Shown piece after piece: positions 30,497-39,490 of a stretch of 64,000 nucleotides of DNA (the stretch's first letter is position 1; the number at the start of each line of letters is the position of its first letter). The stretch lies in the NCBI GenBank assembly GCA_037481835.1, contig JBBFKW010000009.1, forward strand, positions 32,001 through 96,000. The letters run 5' to 3'. Below the pieces are notes generated by a model. That model did no database searches. It saw nothing but the letters and a program-made list of their open reading frames with translations, and was not told where the DNA came from. A program made the position numbers and the translations under genes. This DNA comes from Desulfosoma sp. (lineage in GTDB: Bacteria > Desulfobacterota > Syntrophobacteria > Syntrophobacterales > DSM-9756).

Positions 30497-30756
30497 CCCG
30501 CAGAAGCCGAAGCCGCATCCGCGCCGCGACAGGGGGGAAGCGTGTCGTTTCGACCCCTTGGGACGTTGTGCGGGTTGATAGGGGTTTTGGGCAAGCGGGG
30601 ATTGTTGATGGGGGACAGGTTTGTTCCCGAGGCTGCGCTTCGGGCGCGAGTGTTGCGCCCCTCCGGGGCTTTTGGGGGCAGATTGGAATGTCGGGGACCG
30701 GTTTGGCCCTGGCGGGGGCTTGGGGGGGCGCCCGTCGGAAGCGGGGCACACCAACA

Positions 30757-30795
30757 CCCTTTCCCCCTTTAGGGGGAGAGGGCAGGGTGAGGGGG
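30757..30795. repeat. REP-like element, class A (CCCTYTCCCCCTTYAGGGGGAGAGGGCAGGGTGAGGGGG)
   Basis: Near-identical copies at 35067-35105 and 35341-35379; each lies at the 3' end of a minus-strand reading frame. Confidence 0.8.
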
Positions 30796-31431
30796 CGTCC
30801 ACGTGACATCCCCGCAAAGGCCTTCCGGATAGCCTCGACCCACAAACGCCTCATAAGCCGCCCTCTCGTAACCGACGTTGGTGGGCGGCCCATGGCCGGG
30901 AAAGACCAAGACGGCGTCCGGCAACGCAAAGATCTTTTCGGCAAGGGATTGGAGAATCCGCCGGAAGGCTCCAGGCGTTTCCGTGCGGCCAGGACCGTTG
31001 GGGAAAAGCGTGTCCCCGGAAAAGAGGACGCTCCCGAAAAGAAGGCACACGCTTCCCGGCGTGTGCCCGGGGGTGTGCAGGACCCGGAGGCTGAGCGCCC
31101 CTAGGGGAACATCCCGGCCGTCTTCCAGAAAGTCATCGGGCGGCACGGGAAGACGCGGCGCATCCAGGGCATGGGCGAGCACGGGAACGGGTTTTTTTTC
31201 CAGGAAAGCCCGGAGCCCTGCGGTATGGTCTCCATGGCCGTGGGTAAGGACGACCCCTTGGGGCGGCACATCGAACCGAACCCGGGCGACGCCTTCGGGA
31301 GCGTCAATCAAAAGGGCCCGCTGGGTCGCGCGGCACACCACCTGATAGGCATTCACGCCGTAGGGGCCGAGGGTGTATCGAACCACCGCGGCATCCCCCA
31401 AGGACAACACCACCCCGTCTTTCAAAACCAT
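30769..31431 (-). CDS. MBL-fold metallo-hydrolase (glyoxalase II-like)
   Basis: THGHGDH, HTPGHTPGS, FSGDTLF, FPGHG. Confidence 0.92.
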   Translation of the reverse strand: MVLKDGVVLSLGDAAVVRYTLGPYGVNAYQVVCRATQRALLIDAPEGVARVRFDVPPQGVVLTHGHGDHTAGLRAFLEKKPVPVLAHALDAPRLPVPPDDFLEDGRDVPLGALSLRVLHTPGHTPGSVCLLFGSVLFSGDTLFPNGPGRTETPGAFRRILQSLAEKIFALPDAVLVFPGHGPPTNVGYERAAYEAFVGRGYPEGLCGDVTWTPPHPALSP

Positions 31432-31489
31432 GGCGCCCCTCTCTGTTATTGGGCAAGAGCCCGCATAGGATCGTGACCCCATCACCCCC

Positions 31490-33247
31490 TCAAGCCGTTT
31501 CGGGCAACAAGGGCAGGCCCTCCAACGGGGGCATCAGATCCGCGAGGATCTTTTCCACAGCGTCCGCGATCTCGTTCCGGGCATGGAAAGACACCGTCCC
31601 CGTCTTCCGCACCTTGACCTCGTAAGTCCCCTGTTTCAATCCCCGCTGGCTCACCACCACCCGCACGGGAATGCCCAGAAGGTCGGCGTCCTTGAGCTTC
31701 ACGCCGGGGGATTCGTCACGGTCGTCATAGAGTACGTCCCATCGTGCTCGAAATTCTTGGTACAGGCTTTCCGCCGCCGCATCCACTTCGGGGCTCTTGC
31801 CCAGTGTCGTGAGGATCACCTCAAACGGGGCGATGGTCACCGGCCAGATGATGCCCGCATCGTCGTGCCATTGTTCCACCGCCGAGGCCATGAGCCGTTC
31901 CACGCCGATGCCGTAGCAGCCCATGACCAGTCGGTGGTTGTCGCCGTCGGAGCCAAGGTAGGTCACATCCATGGTGTCGGGCGCCGTGTACTTCGTCCCC
32001 AGCTTGAAGGTGTGCCCCAATTCGATCCCCCGGCGGATTTCCAGCCGGCCTGTGCCACACGCGGCGCAGGGATCCCCAGAGCGCACTTCAGCGATATCGG
32101 CACGGTCCAGGATCCGAAAATCCCGGCCCGGCAGCACGTTCTTCACATGGACATCCACGGCGTTGCCCCCGGCGATGTACAGGGTGCGCTCACCCACGGA
32201 AGTGTCCACGACGACTCGCACGCCCGTGTCGGGAAGGTCCACGGGGGACAAGAAGCCGCCGTGCAGGCCGTGCCGCTCCAAGAGCTCTTCGGAGGCCAAC
32301 TCCAGGCGCACGGCCTTCAGGTGGTTGGTGAGTTTGGTGGGAGAGACGGCGAAATCCCCGCGAACCACTCCGAGGACGAGTCGGCCGTCGGCTTCGTAAG
32401 CGACGGTTTTGAGAAAATGGTCTTCGGAGGTGTGGAAGAAATCCATGAGCTGGGCAATGGTTTTGACGCCGGGCGTGGGCACTCTTTCCATGGCCGGGGG
32501 ATCGGCCGAAAGATCGTCCACGGGCGGCTTCACCCCTACCGCCTTTTCCGTGTTGGCCCGATAGTCGCAATGCGTGCAGACCACGAACTGGTCTTCGCCA
32601 TACATGGATTCCAGCATGAATTCATGGGACCCCGTGCCGCCCATGATGCCGGTGTCCGCCTCGATGGGCACGGCGTTCAGCCCGCAGCGCGCAAAGACTC
32701 GAAGATACGCGTTATAAATCCTCGGGTAGTAGCGGTCCAGGTCTTCGAAATCGGGATGAAAGCTGTAGGCGTCCTTCATCTGGAACTCGCGCACCCGCAG
32801 CAGTCCGGCTCGGGGACGGGCTTCGTCGCGGATCTTCGTCTGGATCTGATAGAGCATGACGGGGAGGTCCCTGTAGGAGCGCAGGAACTTCTTGGCGATG
32901 TCTGTCACGATCTCTTCGTGGGTCATGGCCAGGACGAATTCCCTCTGGCGCCGATCGCGGATGCGAAACAGTTCGGGCCCGATGTCGAAGTAGCGCTTGG
33001 TCGCCTTCCACAGTTCCGCCGGGTTCAGCACGGGCATAGTCACTTCCAGCCCGTCGATGCCGTCCATCTCTTCCCGAATGATCTTCTTGACTTTTTCCGC
33101 CACCCGGTGGCCCAAGGGCAGCAGCGAATAGATGCCGGCCGCCGCCGGGTAAATGTAGGATCCCCGAAGCAGCAAAATGTGAGACGGTGTTTCCGCTTCC
33201 TTGGGCACTTCGTACTGCGTGTGGATAAAAGAGCGACTATAGCGCAT
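31490..33247 (-). CDS. proS: Proline--tRNA ligase (bacterial type with INS editing domain)
   Basis: [70 protein letters not shown]. Confidence 0.98.
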   Translation of the reverse strand: MRYSRSFIHTQYEVPKEAETPSHILLLRGSYIYPAAAGIYSLLPLGHRVAEKVKKIIREEMDGIDGLEVTMPVLNPAELWKATKRYFDIGPELFRIRDRRQREFVLAMTHEEIVTDIAKKFLRSYRDLPVMLYQIQTKIRDEARPRAGLLRVREFQMKDAYSFHPDFEDLDRYYPRIYNAYLRVFARCGLNAVPIEADTGIMGGTGSHEFMLESMYGEDQFVVCTHCDYRANTEKAVGVKPPVDDLSADPPAMERVPTPGVKTIAQLMDFFHTSEDHFLKTVAYEADGRLVLGVVRGDFAVSPTKLTNHLKAVRLELASEELLERHGLHGGFLSPVDLPDTGVRVVVDTSVGERTLYIAGGNAVDVHVKNVLPGRDFRILDRADIAEVRSGDPCAACGTGRLEIRRGIELGHTFKLGTKYTAPDTMDVTYLGSDGDNHRLVMGCYGIGVERLMASAVEQWHDDAGIIWPVTIAPFEVILTTLGKSPEVDAAAESLYQEFRARWDVLYDDRDESPGVKLKDADLLGIPVRVVVSQRGLKQGTYEVKVRKTGTVSFHARNEIADAVEKILADLMPPLEGLPLLPETA

Positions 33248-33430
33248 GGGCTGGACCTCCTTTCGGGGCGGCTGAAGACTTTCCGTTATTTATTAAGGCG
33301 TTAGACATTACCACGGGAGGCGCCCCCTCACAACCTGAAAACACGGCGTGCAGTTCTCACTTGGCCGATTGCTTCCCAGTTGTTATGAAGCGGCACGTTT
33401 GGCTCACACTTCCTCGAAAGAAGGAGCTTG

Positions 33431-34396
33431 GTGAAAAGCATGACGCCTGATCGCAGCGCTTTCGAACCGACAACCGCCGACGCCCGTTCCCCCGCATCCT
33501 GGTCCAAGGAGGCATTTCGGGAAAACGTGTTGGCTTCCGTGCAGGATCTGATGCGCAACCCCGAAAACCGAGTGCCCCCGGAACGCGTGGTCCTGCAATT
33601 GACCCAGGATCCGGATTTTCAGGCCGTCCTAAAGACCTGGGATGCCATGAACGGCGCGGACCGCGTGGACGCCTGGAAAAAGGTGCTCGCTTTGGCCGAA
33701 CACCACGCGAGAGAAGTCCTGCCCGCATGCCTCATGTGCGGGGAATGCTGCCGCATGGGAAGCCCGACCCTGCATGTGGACGATCTGGAACTGCTCCAGA
33801 AAGGGGCCATCCCCTGGGAAGCGGTCTACACCCTGCGGCGCGGCGAACCCGTCCATTCGCCCTTCAAGAAGGACCTCTTCTTCTTGCTGGATGAACGGAT
33901 CAAGGTGCGGGAAAAACCCGGATCGACGGAATGCCTGTTCCTGGACGCACAAACCCAGCGCTGCCGCATCTATGAGGACCGCCCCCTCCAATGCCGCGCC
34001 CAGGCCTGCTGGGATCCGGCGCCGGCCGAAGACCTGAGCAAGCAGCCTTACCTTACGCGGCGAGACATCTTCAAGGACGTGGAGCTCCTGCTGGACGTCA
34101 TGGCCGAGCACGACCGCCGCTGCCGCTTCGACCAGCTCGCCGCCGCCTTCAAGGACATGGAAGCCACGAAAGGCGCCACGGTCGACAATGTGCTGAGTCT
34201 TCTGGCCTACGAGGAGCATTTTCGAACCTTCATGGGGGAGAAATTGGGGATTCCGGACAAAGAGCTGGAATTGGTTTTCGGCCGGAGCTTCGCCGCCCTT
34301 GTCCCCCTTTTCGGCTGCGCCGTGAAAACCGAACCGGACGGCACCCGCGTGCTCGTCCCGGACCGTGCCGACGCCTCGGACCCGCCGCAGAGTTGA
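33431..34396 (+). CDS. YkgJ family cysteine-cluster protein
   Basis: CLMCGECC ... CLFLD ... CRIYEDRPLQCR. Confidence 0.85.
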   Translation: MKSMTPDRSAFEPTTADARSPASWSKEAFRENVLASVQDLMRNPENRVPPERVVLQLTQDPDFQAVLKTWDAMNGADRVDAWKKVLALAEHHAREVLPACLMCGECCRMGSPTLHVDDLELLQKGAIPWEAVYTLRRGEPVHSPFKKDLFFLLDERIKVREKPGSTECLFLDAQTQRCRIYEDRPLQCRAQACWDPAPAEDLSKQPYLTRRDIFKDVELLLDVMAEHDRRCRFDQLAAAFKDMEATKGATVDNVLSLLAYEEHFRTFMGEKLGIPDKELELVFGRSFAALVPLFGCAVKTEPDGTRVLVPDRADASDPPQS

Positions 34397-34466
34397 TCCT
34401 GGAAGGCAGGAGCCTCGGTCCCGGGGCGTCGAAGGGCCCGGGGGTTTTGAGGGTATCGCAGCGGCC

Positions 34467-34697
34467 TTAGGCGAAGGGGTTCGCGCGGATGGCGTTTTTC
34501 TTCATCACCATGTCCGCAACCCGGCGGACGTCTCCGAGGCATCAACGTCCCAGGGGGTGGGTATCGGCACACCGGCAACCGCCGGAACGTTTTTCCTGCA
34601 GGATTTTTTCCAAGATGGTGGAACGCCCGTTCTCCAAGACGTCCCGTTCGATGTCTGAGGCGGTGTATCCGAAACAGTAGCAGATCAAATCGTCCAT
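34467..34697 (-). CDS. Small BFD/CopZ-like 2Fe-2S selenoprotein (UGA read-through)
   Basis: AAGGAG RBS; MDDLICYCFGYT...GGCRCADTHPLGR-UGA(34542-34544)-CLGDVRRVADMVMKKNAIRANPFA-TAA. This family normally has NPxGxCC. A GUCCGC/GCGGAC hairpin starts 12 nt after the UGA. Confidence 0.8.
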
Positions 34698-35037
34698 TAC
34701 GATCTCCTTTGGGATTGGGCAAAAAGCTTTTTTTCCCGTTCGTTTTGGGGCTCCCCCCTGTGATGCCGTCCTCAAGGGGGCTGTCCCGAAGCGGGGCGTT
34801 CCCGGGGCCGCCGGCCGGGAATGGGTCCTTCGCCCCTTCGGGGCTTCTGTTTGGCGATGGCGGCTTGCCCTCGTCCCGGGGCTTTGCCCCGGGCTCGGAT
34901 GTTTCGCCCCTTCAGGGCTGCTCTTTGTTGGCGACCGCCCCTTTTGCGGGGCGCTGCCCCGGGCAGGCATGTTTCGCCCTTTCGGGGCCAGAGCGGCGCC
35001 GACCCTTCGAGGTTCGGGGCTCGTCGGGTCGGGAACG

Positions 35038-35590
35038 GCCCCTCCGAGCCTGCAGAAGCCGACGTTCCCTCTCCCCCTTCAGGGGGAGAGGGCAGGGTGA
35101 GGGGGCCCCTTCACGCCGAAGAAGAACGAAACAGCGTGTAGCACACCCCATCGCCCACTTTGGTCGCCTTGGCCAGTTCCAAGTGCCTCAGGGCCGCAAA
35201 ATCCGCCCGGAACTCGCTTTCGTCGATGCCCAGCTTCTCCAAAATCCTTTCCAAAGGCACCGGGCCGTTCTCCTCAAGGAGCTGCAGGATCTTTTTTTGC
35301 CGATCCGTCAGCCCCCTCTGAGCGTGCGGAAGCCGACGTTCCCTCTCCCCCTTCAGGGGGAGAGGGCAGGGTGAGGGGGCCCCTTCACGCCGAAGAAGAA
35401 CGAAACAGCGTGTAGCACACCCCATCGCCCACTTTGGTCGCCTTGGCCAGTTCCAAGTGCCTCAGGGCCGCAAAATCCGCCCGGAACTCGCTTTCGTCGA
35501 TGCCCAGCTTCTCCAGGATCGCTTCCAAAGGCACCGGGCCGTTTTCCTCAAGGAGCTGCAGGATCTTTTTCTGCCGATCCGTAAGCCCCC
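35038..35590. repeat. Tandem direct duplication with 274-bp period
   Basis: GAAGCCGACGTT begins at 35055 and at 35329; the units are near-identical and include the class A element and the 3' half of the next gene. Confidence 0.95.
35111..35316 (-). pseudogene. Duplicated 3' fragment of the 35385-35756 gene
   Basis: Encodes GLTDRQKKIL...RSSSA* with no N-terminal Zn-ribbon and no obvious start or RBS of its own. Confidence 0.8.
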
Positions 35591-35756
35591 CTTGGCCTTC
35601 TCCGGTTTTCTTGGCGCTATAGACGGCCCACGGATCACACACCTTGGGGACGGCCATGCGATCAAGGTAACAATCCTCGCACAGGGTCTGCCCCGAAAAT
35701 TCGTAACGGTCGTCATCTTGCTTTAAGGCGGCTCCACATCGGCCACAGCGCATCAT
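35385..35756 (-). CDS. Hypothetical Zn-ribbon + winged-helix protein
   Basis: CGRC...LCEDC, CDPWAVYSA, then LTDRQKKILQLLEENG wHTH-like segment; AAGGAGG RBS. Confidence 0.8.
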   Translation of the reverse strand: MMRCGRCGAALKQDDDRYEFSGQTLCEDCYLDRMAVPKVCDPWAVYSAKKTGEGQGGLTDRQKKILQLLEENGPVPLEAILEKLGIDESEFRADFAALRHLELAKATKVGDGVCYTLFRSSSA

Positions 35757-35882
35757 CGCCTCCATCCTCCTTGTCCATTCCAAAAAATTCCCATAAAATC
35801 ACTTCGCTTTCTTGCCGATTATTTCGAGTGAACTTTTTCCCTCTTAAAATAATTCCACCGTCGTCGGCACGAAAGGTTGCGG

Positions 35883-38432
35883 ATGTTGCGAACCCGAAGT
35901 TTCCTCATTTTTCTTGGGATCACGGTGTTCTTGATCCTTTCCGCGGTTCTGACCGCCCGATACACCCTGGTGACCCAGCTGGAACTGCTGGAGCGCCGTT
36001 GGGCGGACGACACTTTGAACGCCGTCCGGACCACCGTCACCGCCGAACTCAAAAAGCTGGCCGGGACGACCCGAGACTGGTCCGTTTGGGACGCCACCTA
36101 CGAGTTCATGGGCGACTTCAATCCCGACTATGTTGAAGAAAACTGCACTCTCGACGCCTTCAAAACCATTCATGTCGATGCCGCGCTCTACTACGACAAA
36201 ACCCATGCGCTTCGTCAGCAGGTGGCTTTCGATTTCCATTCCGACAGCCAAGCGACGCTCCCCGACCCCTTCGTCAATCGCATCCCCTCGGTCCCCGGTT
36301 TCTTCCCGGAAAAAGACGCTCAAGACTGCACCACCGCCCTTCTCATTGACAACGCTACCCCCATGCTTGCAGCCGCCTGCCCCATCCTGACCAGCCACGG
36401 GCAGGGACCCCGCCGCGGAACGCTCGTCTTCCTCCGGAATCTCGGAGACGAGTTTCTGGAGCAGCTCCGAGAAACCATCAACCGGCCCGTCACCCCACGG
36501 GTCATGTCCCTCGTGGACGCTTCGTCCGAAAAGCCCATGGATCTTCCGGCCCTGGATTTTACGGAGGAGCGCATCATCGGCCGGGTCGTTTTTCCCGATC
36601 TGGAGCAGCGCGCCGCCTTGGTCTTGGAAACCACGATGGAACGATCCATCCACCGCCAAGCGGTGCGATCCTTGACCTTCTTCGGCATCGCTCTCGGGAT
36701 CTTGGCCCTGTGGGCCTTGGCCGCCCAGTGGTACTTCTTGGACCGGAAGGTGCTTCGAAGAATCGCCCAGCTCCTGCGCAAGACTCGAGGGCTTTCGTCC
36801 GAATGGGCCATGCCGGAAAAAGATCAAGCGATGGATGAGATCACACTGCTGCAGCGTTCCGTGGACGGCCTGTTGAAAAGCCTGGAAAACGCCGTGGAAA
36901 AGAACCTGGAGCAGCAACGGGAAACCCTCACCATCCTGGAAACCAACCCCGTGGGAATCATCCTCGTGGATGCGGAAACGCGAACGGTTTCTTGGGCGAA
37001 CGCCAAGGCCTTGGAACTCATGGGCCGGGATCTCAAAGACATCCATGGGCGTTCCTGCAAACAACTGGTGTGCCCGTCTCAGGACAGGGACTGCCCCGTG
37101 CTGGATCACAGGCGAGTGGTGCGGGACGTGGAATGTGTCATGCCCACAAAGAACGGAGAGGGTGTGCCGGTGCTGCGCAGCATTGCAAACGTCACGTACC
37201 GTCAACGCCCTCATCTGCTGGAAGCGGTCATGGATCTTCGCCCCCAGAAGGCTCTGGAATCCCAATTGGATCGAGCCAAGAAAATGGAAACCGTCGGTCT
37301 CGTGGCGGGCGGCGTCGCCCATGATTTGAACAACCTGCTCACCACCTTGGTGGGTTATCCGGACATGCTCCTTCGCCGCATTCATGCCGACAATCCCATG
37401 CATCGGCACCTGACCCTCATCCGCGACGCGGGCCTTAAGGCCGGCGCCATCGTTCAGGACCTCCTCACCCTCACCCGGCGCGGCGTGAAGGCCACCGAAC
37501 CTTTCGATCTCGGTGAACTGGTCCTCCGTTTTCTTTCATCCTCGGAATTCGCGGCGCTTCGAAGCACCCATCCCCGCGTGCGTTTTCAAACACAGGTGGA
37601 AAGCCGCCGGTTCCCCTGCCAGGGATCTCCGATCCATCTGGAAAAGGCCTTGTCCAACCTGGTGAGGAACGCCGCCGAAGCCATTGCGGAGACGGGAACG
37701 GTGACCCTTGCCGTGGACGGCGTGACCCTTGAAGAGGCCCACAGCGGCTACGAAACGGTCCCGGCAGGCCGCTGGATCCGCATCCGGATCGAGGACACGG
37801 GGGCAGGCATTCCGGAAGAAGACCTCACCCACATCTTTGAGCCGTTTTACACGAAAAAGAAGATGGGCCGCAGCGGCACGGGGCTGGGCATGACCATCGT
37901 GTGGCACGCCGTCAAGGATATGGGCGGTTTCGTGGACGTGCAGAGCGCTCCGGGCCGAGGGACCACCTTCAGTTTGTATCTTCCCGAAGCCGAGGAACCC
38001 GCCTTAGAAGAGGCGGACCTGCCTCCCCAGGGTTTTCCAAAAGGATCCGGGGAAAGCATCCTCGTGGTCGAAGACATGGAAGACCAGAGAATCCTTGTGG
38101 AAACGATGCTTACGGACTTGGGATACCATGTCTTTACGGCAGCCAACGGTCGCGAGGCTTTGGCGCTGGCGTCCACCCGGAAGTTCGACGCCCTCGTGCT
38201 CGACATGATGCTCACCGACGACATGGATGGCCCCCAAGTCTACCAGGAGATTCTCAAAGTCAACCCCGCTCAAAGAGCCGTCGTCGTGAGCGGGGATGTG
38301 TCAGCCGATCGCGTGGAGGCCATAAAGAACCTGGGGGTCTCTCATTTCGTCCCCAAGCCCTACAGCCTGGAAAAACTGGCGGAAGCCGTCCATGCCGTGC
38401 TGCGCGGGGATTCTCCGCCGCTCCAAGGATGA
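35883..38432 (+). CDS. Hybrid sensor histidine kinase/response regulator (CHASE4-like, PAS, HisKA, HATPase, REC)
   Basis: DWSVWDATYEF, two TMs, AHDLNNLL H-box, NLVRNA, DTGAGI, GTGLG, receiver LVVED...LDMML...KP. Confidence 0.93.
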   Translation: MLRTRSFLIFLGITVFLILSAVLTARYTLVTQLELLERRWADDTLNAVRTTVTAELKKLAGTTRDWSVWDATYEFMGDFNPDYVEENCTLDAFKTIHVDAALYYDKTHALRQQVAFDFHSDSQATLPDPFVNRIPSVPGFFPEKDAQDCTTALLIDNATPMLAAACPILTSHGQGPRRGTLVFLRNLGDEFLEQLRETINRPVTPRVMSLVDASSEKPMDLPALDFTEERIIGRVVFPDLEQRAALVLETTMERSIHRQAVRSLTFFGIALGILALWALAAQWYFLDRKVLRRIAQLLRKTRGLSSEWAMPEKDQAMDEITLLQRSVDGLLKSLENAVEKNLEQQRETLTILETNPVGIILVDAETRTVSWANAKALELMGRDLKDIHGRSCKQLVCPSQDRDCPVLDHRRVVRDVECVMPTKNGEGVPVLRSIANVTYRQRPHLLEAVMDLRPQKALESQLDRAKKMETVGLVAGGVAHDLNNLLTTLVGYPDMLLRRIHADNPMHRHLTLIRDAGLKAGAIVQDLLTLTRRGVKATEPFDLGELVLRFLSSSEFAALRSTHPRVRFQTQVESRRFPCQGSPIHLEKALSNLVRNAAEAIAETGTVTLAVDGVTLEEAHSGYETVPAGRWIRIRIEDTGAGIPEEDLTHIFEPFYTKKKMGRSGTGLGMTIVWHAVKDMGGFVDVQSAPGRGTTFSLYLPEAEEPALEEADLPPQGFPKGSGESILVVEDMEDQRILVETMLTDLGYHVFTAANGREALALASTRKFDALVLDMMLTDDMDGPQVYQEILKVNPAQRAVVVSGDVSADRVEAIKNLGVSHFVPKPYSLEKLAEAVHAVLRGDSPPLQG

Positions 38433-38506
38433 AAGGGCAGCTTCGCTGAGAATCCGGTTACGGCCCCGGTGCAGGCACAAGCCCCACGAGCCAGGCTTGG
38501 CTACCG

Positions 38507-39442
38507 TTACGCATGGGATCCGGCCAGGGCTTCCAGGGCGAGCATGAGCGCCTGCGTGCCTTTTCGCCCGTGGCCTTGGGCCTTGACGGCCACGTAGAGC
38601 TGACGGACCAGGGCCAGACCGGGGAGGCTCAGGTTCATGCGTTCGGCTTCCTTCAGGGCGATGCCCATGTCCTTGAGGAAATGCTCCACGTAGAACCCAG
38701 GGGCAAAGTCCCGCCGCATCATGCGCGGCACCAAGTTATCCAAAGCCCAACAGGCGGCGGCCCCTCGGCTGATGCTCCGGAGCACCTTTTCCGGATCCAG
38801 GCCCGCACGCACCGCATAAAGAAGGCTTTCGCACACGCCGATCATGGTCCCGGCGATGACGATCTGGTTGCACATCTTGGCGTGCTGCCCAGATCCGGCG
38901 GGGCCTTGGTGCACGATGTTTTTGCCTAGGATTTCCAAAAGGGGCCGAACGGCCGCCACCGCAGCTGGATCTCCCCCCACCATGATGGACAAGGTGGCCT
39001 CCCGTGCCCCCACATCGCCTCCCGAAACCGGCGCGTCCACGGCATGGGCGCCCCGCCGTTTCGCCTCCGCGTCGATGGTTTGGGCCAACTGCGGTTCCGT
39101 GGTGGTCAGGTCCACGAGGATCGTCCCTTCCCGAACGCCTTCAAAAACGCCCCCCGACCCGAAATAGACCTGGCGCACATCGTCGGGAAAACCCACCATG
39201 GTGCAGACCACATGGCTCGCCGCGGCCACCTCGGCCGCCGATCCCGCCCATTGGGCGCCGCGCCCAAGGAGCGCTTCCGCCTTGGCTCGAGTGCGCGTAA
39301 AGACCGTGACGGCATATCCGGCATCCAGGAGGTGGCCGCACATGGCCGATCCCATGACGCCGGTGCCGATCCAACCGATGCGCGTCCACGTAGGGTCGCA
39401 CGGCTTCAAAGAAACCTTGAGTGTGGAGTCGTTTTCCGACAT
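38507..39442 (-). CDS. 3-hydroxyisobutyrate/tartronate-semialdehyde reductase family NAD(P) oxidoreductase
   Basis: IGWIGTGVMGSAM, DAPVSGGDVGA, GSGQHAKMCNQ, HFLKDM. Confidence 0.92.
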   Translation of the reverse strand: MSENDSTLKVSLKPCDPTWTRIGWIGTGVMGSAMCGHLLDAGYAVTVFTRTRAKAEALLGRGAQWAGSAAEVAAASHVVCTMVGFPDDVRQVYFGSGGVFEGVREGTILVDLTTTEPQLAQTIDAEAKRRGAHAVDAPVSGGDVGAREATLSIMVGGDPAAVAAVRPLLEILGKNIVHQGPAGSGQHAKMCNQIVIAGTMIGVCESLLYAVRAGLDPEKVLRSISRGAAACWALDNLVPRMMRRDFAPGFYVEHFLKDMGIALKEAERMNLSLPGLALVRQLYVAVKAQGHGRKGTQALMLALEALAGSHA

Positions 39443-39490
39443 CGGCAGTCAAAGCCCTCCGTCACGCGCCCGGTCGGGGCGCCCGAATGT

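Noticed and set aside
34740..35110. Repeat cluster as a CRISPR array
   Set aside because: Units are degenerate GC-rich palindromes with irregular spacing; no constant repeat-spacer period and no cas genes.
35111..35425. 104-aa and 79-aa ORFs starting MGCATRCF as real genes
   Set aside because: Their N-termini are out-of-frame readings of the neighbouring gene end plus the class A repeat; they are by-products of the duplication.
35038..35590. Duplicated gene end as a diversity-generating retroelement TR/VR pair
   Set aside because: Differences are not adenine-specific on either strand, are mostly synonymous, and no reverse transcriptase is present.
35865..35881. CGGCACGAAAGGTTGC as a sigma54 promoter
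   Set aside because: GG-to-GC spacing is 11 rather than 10, and it abuts the start codon; a similar near-match at about 6760 has spacing 9.
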